Shown here: positions 51,041 to 61,100 of the stretch, piece after piece
Layout of the letters: every line of letters starts with the position of its first letter
Numbering within the stretch: the first letter of the stretch is position 1
NCBI GenBank assembly: GCA_973895155.1
Contig: OZ316893.1
Location: 1,612,860-1,676,859, forward strand
Direction: 5' to 3'
DNA from: Marsupella aquatica
Taxonomy: Eukaryota > Plantae > Marchantiophyta
Length of the DNA: 64,000 nucleotides
Made by a program: the position numbers and the translations under genes
The notes under the pieces: model-generated
Seen by the model: only the letters and a program-made list of their open reading frames with translations
The model's database searches: none
What the model was told of the DNA's origin: nothing

Positions 51041-51367
51041 TCAACCCAACCAATGCAGTACGCAGCACAAAGCAACGAAGCTACGAAACCCTGTTTGCCA
51101 GGAGAAAGACGCGGAGGAAGAAATCCATCCAGCATAAACATCGACTGAGGACAATTCAGCTACATACTCCGCGTACAACTCCTCATTTGCTTGCTCGTTC
51201 GCTGCCTTGCGCCGGGTTCTGCTTTTCTCTGCTCCGACCGATTTCCGCTTCCTCGACGACACTGCCAATTCGCCACTCCTCCCGCTGCTCATGATTTCTG
51301 CAGCCTTTTTTTCTCGGATCTTTCGCTGCAGATTGAGACGAAATCTTGCCTCAGCTTCAGCGCTCAT
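51041..51367 (-). CDS. Possible short ORF or first exon of unknown function, upstream of the MULE transposase
   Basis: True ATG. Charged, helical-looking and NLS-like sequence (LQRKIREKKAAE, SRKRKS, RTRRKAANEQANEELYAE). Candidate GTATGT donor after 51168. No family recognised and no downstream exons resolved. Confidence 0.4.
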   Translation of the reverse strand: MSAEAEARFRLNLQRKIREKKAAEIMSSGRSGELAVSSRKRKSVGAEKSRTRRKAANEQANEELYAEYVAELSSVDVYAGWISSSASFSWQTGFRSFVALCCVLHWLG

Positions 51368-51396
51368 GTCAAAGAGACGTGTTTCTGTGACAGAGC

Positions 51397-51771
51397 AAAC
51401 GAAGTCAAGGGGGTGTAAAGAAGAGTAAACGAAGTTCGAGTGGTGTAACGAGGAGTAAACGAAGTCAAGGGGGTGTAAAGAAGAGTAAACGAAGTTCGAG
51501 TGGTGTAATGAAGGGTGAATGAAGTTTGAGGGGTGTAAAGTAGAGTAAACGAAGTCAGAGTGCTGAAAAGAAGAGTAAACTAAGTTCTATTGGTGTAAAG
51601 GAGAGTAAAAAAAGACAGAGTGGTGTAAAGAAGAGTAATAGAAGTCAGAGTGGTGTAAGAAGAGTAAACAAAGTCAGAGTGGTGGAAGCGTAAAGAAAGT
51701 CAGAGCGGTGTAAACAAGAGTAAACAAAGTCAGAGTGGTGTAACCAAGAGTAAACAAAGTCAGGGTGGTGT
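51397..51771. repeat. Tandem array of about 13 copies of a 29-30 bp unit
   Basis: Consensus AAACrAAGTCAGAGTGGTGTAAAGAAGAGT. The first four units alternate as a 60-bp dimer. Confidence 0.93.
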
Positions 51772-53259
51772 CAACGTTACTGTCTATGTGGTACAAAACT
51801 TACAGTACCGGTAGATCAACCAGGTTGGGTGGCTGACCGCAGTCCGAGTTCTGCAGCATTTTGAGGAGTTTATTTACCTCCAAAAAGCAAAATTGAAGCA
51901 TGGTTGAGCATTTTTTCTTAGTGGTGAAAATGAGCTAGATTCTGTCTCTCTGGAAAGTGTTGGAGAAAATATATTGGCTAAGTTTTTGGTCGTCCATTGC
52001 CTACCTTGCCACATAAGTGGTTAGCCAGAATCTGACTGATATCCTTAGTTCTAGGGAGATCTGAGGGTCTAGGTCATCTAAGTTGCATGGTCAAGCACCA
52101 TTGTCATCCAAGCATCAACTTTGTGATTACAGTATCTTGCTAATGGGCCTCATAATATTTCTTTTGAGACAAAATGGTGGCCAAACGAGCCAATTTTGCC
52201 CAATGCATCCATCCATAACGGGTGGAAAAGAACCCTGGGCTGGTAGGCCACCACCTTTGATGAAGAACCTGGAGGGATCATTGCAGCCCAGCAAGATAAA
52301 CTATCTAGAGATATTATCTTTACCTCAGATAGTACATCTTTCCTTTGTATGAATATTCACATTTGTTGGAGTTCAAAGTTGCTCATTTGTAGCACAAGTA
52401 ATATTTCCACACCCATCTATGGGCGGCCACAATTTTCCACGCTGGTTTCCAGGTGCCTGTCGATGAATTTCGTTGCAATGGACTTGCAATCCTGGTCTCA
52501 GATTGGATTGGCAAACCATTTTGCTGACTTTGTTCATGTGTGAAGGCTAGAGATCTCCCTTTTTATATCCAGCTCAAGCACACATGTGACTTATATATAA
52601 CCCTGCCAAAAAGACAAGAATGCCAAACAGCGAGACACAATCCCAAAGACAAAAAGACCCAATAGCGTGTTTGAGGGAAAAGTGAAAGACCCCGAGAAGA
52701 CCAAAGAGGCCCAACAAACTAGTGAATCCCCCACAACAAAACAAAAGACACTAAGAAGTAAACTAAGATCTTGTTAGCCTTTGAGAGGCATGTTGACTAT
52801 GCAGATGGAGCACAAAGTGCACTCTTGCCATGTGTCAAGGATCCAATCATGGCAGGGTGATCCAGGGTCATGATGTGTACAAAGTGTTGCTTCCCGAGAG
52901 TGGTGGCAATGGCTTTACCGATTTGAGGATGTGATGAGGGTAGCTCAAAGAATGGAAGAGGTGTACCCACAAAAGGGCGTTTGTTTTATCCCACAATTGG
53001 CACAATATAGTACGTCTTTACTTATAACTTGACAGTTTTCTTTCAATTTGTGTTGAGCAAAGATCATATCCACCTATTACAATCCTTGTAGCCGTTTTGG
53101 GACAATGCATTTTAATTGCAATTCAGTTTTCAGGCATTCAATTCAAAGGAGAGTAGAAATAGTAATACTCCTGCACCTTACCTTGGAGCAATAGGACACA
53201 TATAGTTCACAGCAAATTTGGTTGTTTAGCTATGTACATATGTTCTTTCCTACTCTTAA

Positions 53260-53985
53260 ACCGCCACTGTCCATGGCCAAAATGTGGATCCCACCACATT
53301 GCTTAATATAGGCAAAACTTGAGCTCCGGGCATTCCCGACTGTTTCTGGCAGGCCACTTTTTGGCCCGGTCAGCTGTCCACCTGTCCCAATGTCCTTACT
53401 TGTTTCACGGAGGGCGCAATTTGATGAAGCCTAGGTGGGGCAAGTCCTCTCGCCCATGCTGCGCTGTCCAGAGTAGAGTAGTCATCCTTTTTCTCCTCCC
53501 ATGCTGCGCGTGTGTCCACAGCAGAATCATTTATGTGTCCACAGCAGAATCGATCCATCGATGTTGTTTGAGAGGCATTGTTTGCTTCAACTTTTTGTGA
53601 GTTCAGCATGTTTTGTAGTGAGGCACTGCATCCATGAACAAGCCAGTGGTGGAAAGAGCAGTATGAGAACTTTGAGAAGAACAGTGGACATTGAGCCTTT
53701 GTCAGAAGATTTTTGAGCCCAGCTCATTGAGGAACTGCCATGGCTATGGCAGCATAGCAGCTTTCATGCTCATGAACGCACTCACAAACCTACGGTACCT
53801 GACGAATGCACAGGAGCGAAAAACTTTTTGGCATACTTGCTAACCCAACACGTATTGCGGAGCCCTCTGGCTGGGGCCCTCTGGCTGGGGCCCAAACTCG
53901 TTTGCTGAGCCTTCGTTGGGCACCTGAGTAGGAAATGAACTGCCCGGGTCTTGGCACATGTGGTATTTATATGGACAGTGGTTGT
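53260..53985. mobile_element. 726-bp TIR element flanked by TTAA
   Basis: TTAA|ACCGCCACTGTCCAT ... ATGGACAGTGGTTGT|TTAA (13/15 TIR match). It is inserted in one copy of a ~57-bp tandem duplication whose second copy (about 54007-54063) shows the empty site. Confidence 0.8.
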
Positions 53986-54582
53986 TTAAGACAGTTGTAC
54001 CAAGCTTGGTTGTTTAGCTATGTACATATGTTCTTTTGTACTCTTACGACAATTGCACCAAGCGCAAATGGCTGCTTATAATCAATCCCTTGTTCATACA
54101 CTCATCTGATGTGGAACGGCCATGATGCAAATATATTTTGATCCCCGTTCTATGAACATTTACATAGATGCGGACATTCAAGCCTGACGCACCATTTTGA
54201 GAGACAGCCTGTCCCCAATCCCTGGTTTCGACTTGCAGCCCAACTTCAGTTACCCCCAAGAGTCACACTTAGTAGGCCCTAAAGAGTAGCTTTTGATTGC
54301 CATTTCAATTGCAATGATGTACTTAGGCAAGCAACTTGCTTTGGTGAGTTGACCAGAGGATTAGCCTAGAACTGAGAGGTCTCATATTCAATCCCCCCTC
54401 CATGCCCAAGGGGTGTGGAAGGTATGTGTGTGTTTGGGTGGGTGGGGGCGGTTAGTGGTGGGAATACTGGTTTCTCCTTGGCCACTGGCTGGCTGGCTGC
54501 ATTGTGATCCTTGTCCAACCCTCTCTCCTCCCTGGTATGGGTCCCCATTGGAATCTCGAGGGGTTGACTATCAAAAATCTTA

Positions 54583-54811
54583 GGAATCACGTGCGATCCA
54601 AAATAGGTATTTTTCATAGAAATTAGCTAAATTTTTTTTAAGTGTAGGAAGCAAAAGAAGGTATTATAGACCTATATTTATAGAATATTCTCTAATATAT
54701 ACCTTTTATAAAGTAAAATAGGTCATTAATATTGAAAATAGAGAATGTTTTTGGAATATTCCCATTATAAAATAGGTGTGTTTATATTAGGCTAGGATCG
54801 CACGTGGTACC
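54583..54811. mobile_element. AT-rich MITE-like foldback element
   Basis: Inverted ends GGAATCACGTGCGATCC / GGATCGCACGTGGTACC (15/17) around a very AT-rich core. TSD unclear. Confidence 0.55.
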
Positions 54812-55101
54812 CCAAAATATACACTAAGTTAACCCCCCAAGATTGGAATCCTGGGTATCGTCCCCCATTGTGGGCTACCCTACAGTGGTGCATACTCCAA
54901 AGTAGAACCTCTATCCTCTGTTGGATGGGTCTACTTTTGGCTTTCAAGGGGGGGGGGGGAGGGAATGTACTTAGATAAGGGATAGGAAAAATGTTTCTCA
55001 TAATTTTCATATACAACTCATCATACACTGGAATCCGTGTGTTGAATACTTTGTAACAACCTTCAACCAAAGCTAAAATCAATACATCAAAATCTCCAAC
55101 A

Positions 55102-58100
55102 TCACCCTGTGGACCAATCAGAGTCATAGCAAGTACTTTGACTAGATAAAGGATCTAGCCTTTCTGCAATTTGGTCTCCTAGATCCAAGGTAGTGACGGT
55201 GCAGCCAGAATTATGGTGACCAAGTTGCAAATATTGCTGGTCATACAGAACTGAATGGGAGGAAGAAGCATCGTCCTGATCGAGTTTGTTTGAGTAATTT
55301 GGAGTATTACGTTGAAGGAAAGAATAAGAGCTCTGGTTGCACTCAAGAGACGAAGAACTTGCTTGCTCAGCTTTCGACCTTTGATTAGACCCAGAGAGAA
55401 CCCCTTTAGAGATTTCCTCATTGCTTAATGGTTTTGACACTCTCTGCCCTCGTCGATATGCCTTGTGAGCTGGAGAGGCAGGGCATGAGTAGCTTGAATT
55501 ACTTTGTGATCGTTTGTTTGCATTCTCAACTTCGCGACGTCTTGCCTCACGCAGTTCCATGGTCACTTGATCCACCATGAAGAAGAACTCGCGCATTGTC
55601 TTGAAAAGGTCGATCAATCGCTCTTGCTTCAAGGTCTCCCCAAAGTAGATGGCCAAATCATTCAAATTGGCGAGAGTTGTGTCGTGGAGCTCTCTTAGGC
55701 CAACTACTTCTAAATTAACCTTCTCATAAAATGGCATCATCAGCTTCAAGAGTTGCTGGTCATCATGCCGTGCATCCTTCACCAAAGCAATCTCTGCCTT
55801 GATGAGGTCCAAGCCATTCTCCAACTCCCTCAATCCTGATTGCAACCGCTCCAAGCTGAGATTAGCTGCTGCTTTCACTGCCCTTGATTCTTCGGTCAAT
55901 TTCAAAACCTGTATTGAAGTTCAAAATAACAAAAACCCCTTATTAGGTGTAATTCATTGTTTGTCACCCAACAAAGGGCTATAAGGGAGGAAATGTATAT
56001 AAAAAGTAGTTCACTTTGCTTGTTGGTATTTTCTGGCACAAGCTACTAGTTCAAAAATAAACAGATAATTCCACTCAAGCAAAACATACGACTGCAATAC
56101 CTGTATCTCAAAATAACAACCCTTATTAGATGTAATTCATTGTTTGTCACCCAACAAAGGTCTATCATGGAGGAAATATTTATAATAAAAAAACTTTACT
56201 TTTTGGTATTTCCTGGTAATAGCTACCAGATCAAAAAATGCATAGATGATTCCTTTCAAGCAATAACACACGGACAAGCTAATTCATGTGACAATTACCT
56301 TCTCATCTGTTCTCATTAGCTCAGCCACAACAAAATGAAGAAGGGTGGTCTTATTGTTGTGGCTTTTGACATCCATGAGCTTCAGCAAAGCACCAAGCTT
56401 GAACCCTTGAGCAGCTCCACGAAAGCTATCACCGTTTAAATGGTTGCCAGCAACTAGTACAGTTTCAAGTATTTTCTTGAAACTTTGACTAGCTTTCAAT
56501 TGATTGCATGCTGCCTCGAGGACTTTCAGCTCTTGCTCTATCTAGTACCACATTGAGAGCAGACATATTGTGCCCCTTAGTCGTGCTACACAGGGATTTT
56601 GAAATAATTAAATGAATGAAACCATCAACTAAGTATATTTCCACACATAAAAAGGCTGCAAAACAAATATAGAGTATGGTTGATTTCTTTCTATCTGACT
56701 TGTTTGAAAATGAGGAGATTAAAATTTCCATGTCATCAATTCTCATGTCCACAATCTTACTACTTTCATTTAGTTCAACAGAATGATTCCTTGGAATTTT
56801 CTTTTTTTTAAATCCACCACATGAAATTATCCCTCCTGACCATTAAAGTGAAAGATAAACAGTCTGGAGGTCATACTTGCTGGAAGTTGAGATTATATTG
56901 CCCTTTGAATATAAAAGACTTGATAAGCTTTTCATATCTTGGAATTTTAAGGATATCCATGTAATACCTGCCAGTTTGGAAATCCAAGCAAGAAACAGAT
57001 CATGTAATTAAATACCAAAGGAATACTTAGGGTATTGTAAGTCAGTGGTTCAATCAACACCATTTCACTACTCACTCAGCAGAGTAGAATTATATATATT
57101 AAGATGAAGAAATTACAATTTATGTGTATTTATCGTCTCATTTAGGACAAAGAAACCTTCAAGTTTACATGTGCAGTGACATACTATGAAACTGTCTTCT
57201 GACCTATTTGGAATTAAGTTTCATAGTCAGTGAAATGTTATGTGTCTTTTGAGACATACTTGGAATGCCATGTATGATATTACACATGCCTATTCACCAT
57301 TGCAAACATCACGATCGTCACATCTAGAACATAGACCTGTCAGTTGCAAACAGTATGGAAATTGAGCTGAAGGTCTTTCGTGAGACGAGTTGTGAGATTG
57401 TTTCTGATTTTTGATACACCTGAGGCTAACTCAACTAAATTGATGCTTAGGTGGAGCAGCTCTTTTGATTTAAGGACTCTGATGGATCAAACAAGGACAC
57501 TTGTTGGCACCCAAAAATATGGGCATGCATGCAAAGGAAAGGTATTATATGAGTAAGATATAATGTTTGAAGATGGTCCATCCAAGCATCTTGTCAAATA
57601 TTTTGGGCTAAAGGAGCTTTGGCTTGAGCTCAACCCTTAGTCCGAGTTTGCATTATCAGGTTGAACTTAGCAAAGTCTATTTGTTTGCACAGATATGAGT
57701 TGTGTTTGAGATCAAACTTACATTTCAACCTCTGCTAGCTCAGATGGGTCACCTTGATAACCCTGGAGAAGTGCTCTGTCCTCTTCAGTGGGCAGAGTAT
57801 TGAACATGACATTAAGTACTTCCATAGTCAGCATGGCCTCGTCCTTCTCTCGAAGTGCACGGCATAGCTCTGGAATGGGCTTTCGAAGACTTCTGAGTTG
57901 GATTCCAATATTGTGTGCTCTTTTCAAATCGAGGACTTGCATGCCTTGGGTCTTCTTCCCTACAGATACCACCTATTATCAAAAACGATTAATTAGAACT
58001 CTTGGAGAAAAGTCATCCTTACTTCATTGCATCAATCTAGGATCCAACGTCAATTTCCCTAAAATTTGCAATAATGTGCAAACTACTTTGATGGGTTATG

Positions 58101-61100
58101 TACTATAGTACTGATTATGATTACTGTATGGGACATTGGATCTTAAGCTCATATCACGATTGTTTGAGCTACCTTTGAACACATTTTGTTGCCTACTTTA
58201 GAAGTGTTCCAGGTATATAGCGACACCCTGTATCCAGGGCATTGTGGGCTAAAGCCTGCCAAGAAGAGGGCTTTAGCCCAAGTTTTCAGGAGCTGTTGGT
58301 GACCAGAATGCCCTGGTAACAAGGAGTAAATGAACTTTAATGCCTGACTGATTCACTCCTACTATTATTGATTATGTTTCTCCTTTCTTCACAGTTCAAG
58401 ACAAACCCAAATTTCATGCAGTTCAGGTTTTACTTTCTTTACCAAGAGAAAGCCGAGGACAAATCTGTAAATGCCCTTGCACCGCCTGTAATGGACATTC
58501 TCATCCAGAAACTACAGAAATACAAAGAGAATTATCTTTGCAGGGATTTGAGTTTTGAAAGAGCATGCTCAGTCTAATCACCTTCAAGGGAGACTTCTGA
58601 TGGCTAGCTGCCTCTTTCACAGCAAAGAGTGCCTCAAGCTCGTCCAAGTCCATCTTAATTTCGTCTAAAGTAGCAGTCTTCCATATTGTAAGTTCAGCCA
58701 TTGAGCCAGTAATTTTGTCCCACACCAGTTGCTTCATCTTTGGTCTTTTGGCTTGCACCGTTGAAATGTCCTTCCTTCCACCTGGAGGGGGAGGCGGAGG
58801 GGGTGCTGATTTCTTCAAAGGTGGTGGAGGAGCATTTGGTGGAAGGGGTGGAGCTTTTGGTGGAGGTGGAGGTGGAGTCTTAGTTGAACTGGGAGTCAGA
58901 GACATTTTCTGAAGTGGAGGTGGAGGTGGAGGTGGAGTCTTAGTTGAACTGGGAGTCAGAGGCATTTTCTGAAGTGGAGGTGGAGGTGGAGTCTTAGTTG
59001 AACTGGGAGTTAGAGGCATTGTCTGAAGTTGTGCTGGGAGGCAAGGAATTGTAGATGATGGAGGCTGGGTTGACAACGAAGAAAGAGAGGTGGCAACAGA
59101 ACGAGGTGGAGGAGGGGGTGGTGGAGGTGGTGGAGGCGGAGGAGGAGCTGGTACAGGCCGTGGCATAGGGCGCCCTGGAGTGCGGCCTGGAGGGATGCAA
59201 GGTGGGTGAAGAGACTGGCCCGAATTTGACGAATCCAATGCAGCACCTGGACTATCTCTATATTCACAACAACCCTCTGCATCAAAAGTATGTTCCTGTT
59301 CTAAGTAAATGCTGGGCAAAAGAGATGTCACAACAGCATCTGCACAAGCTCCCAAAACTCCTTCTATACTCTTTCTTGACTGGGTGAATGATGAGCATAT
59401 GCTCTCACAAACTCTTTCAAGGCGAGGGCTGCCCAAATTCATGCCCTCATTTGCGACACTTGGTGAACAAAAAGCTTCAGAAGAATGAGGATCAATTGAC
59501 TGGCATGTTTTTGCAGCAACACTTGGTGACGAGTAACTTGTTGCACACTGTTCTTCAACAAGGGCTTCTTCTCTGGTATTTTTAGTCCGTGTAGTATTGG
59601 TGCGATTGTTCTTGGTATATGATACCATCGGAGCACCATTTGCATCTTCCAAATACTTGCCTGTGCTGTCAGTACCAAATCGAGCATTTGATGACCGACT
59701 TTGACTTCTTGAATTCACCAACAATCCTTGATTTCTTTGGAAGTCACTGGATTCAAGCAACAATTGGATGCCTTCATTTGCTTCCAAAATGTTTGATCCA
59801 ATACGGATCTCCTCCAACTTGGGCTGTGTAGACTGTGCAGCCAATCGTCTTGAACAGTCTGAGTCTTGGCATGGGGCGTGCAATCTTGGGCTCCTTGCTT
59901 TGTAATCTTGTGCACCTTTGTTTTGGGATTTTTCATCAAAACTAGATGGTGCTCCGATAGCTTTGGCGTGACGATCTTGTTGATGGTTCAACTCATCTTT
60001 CGAAGGCACTCCATCATCAAGTATCCTTGCAAGACCCGTTCCACCTTTGTCTTCAGAATGACCTTGGTTAATGGCTCTTGAAGTGCCCCCCTTGTTTTTT
60101 CTACACCGCAACACATTCTCTACACAAGCTTGCAACCTATCCATGCAACTCAAAGATAAAGTCGATTGCTCGTCAGTGGCTTCCGCACTACCTTGAGCAT
60201 CTTTCTTTCTGTGCTTGTTCTTTAGTAACGTGCTAGATGAAGGTACGAGATTCCTTCTGCTGGACAAAACTTCATGGGCAGTCTCGGGTGTCACATTTTT
60301 TGGACCGAATGCATGAAAACTCGGTATTGTAATCTCTTTGGACCTCCTAGCTGGTGAGTTGTCTTCTACAAATGCTATTTCTCCACTTATACAATTCAGG
60401 CTGGGAATATCGACACAGTCTTCAAACCCTGTGTAGCTATTCTCACTCTCTGCTGTGCTTGATTGTCTGCTTTGTTCCCAACAAGGGTTATCGGGATCCA
60501 CTTTTGAAGCTAGAGAGTGAAGGTGATTCACAAAAACATATCCTGATCTCGATTTTGAGCTCCCCTCTATGCTTAGATTCGCGTTCAAAGCATTCCTATC
60601 TTGGTCTTCAATACCTAAGACCGAAACAAGTGTGCTGCAATCTGTATGAACCAAATCATGAAACGTGGCACTGTCTTGGCAGACCTGAAGTTCTTCTTGC
60701 AGGGAGCTCAATGTCGATTTCGTGCTTTTCATAGAGCTTGATTTACTTGCACCATCCACTCTTTCTATACCCAAAAGTTGAACTTCATCTTTGTCTGAAC
60801 TTGATGTGTTACTCGACTTCAAAGGTATGGATTGAAGGCGATGATGATTCACTAGAGACGTTTCCTTTTCCAACCTTGATTTTGTAGCCTCTGCCTCGCC
60901 GCTTGCAATTGCCTTCGTACCTAGCTTGAAATTTGAACATTGACTGCTGTCACGGATGAACAGACTTCCTTTTTCTTGACGACTTCCTCTTAAGAGGACT
61001 TCACATTTTCTATCATTATCCTTGTAGTCTTCATTTCCTCTATTTCTTGATTTATTGTCATCCCAAGTTATTTTCTTGCCACATTCTATTTGATTGATTG

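Noticed and set aside
51397-51771. CRISPR-like 30-bp array
   Set aside because: Head-to-tail minisatellite without spacers.
51910-51923. TTTTTTCTTAGTG as a CACTA right end
   Set aside because: No matching left CACTAAGAAAA end with a 3-bp TSD was found in the window.
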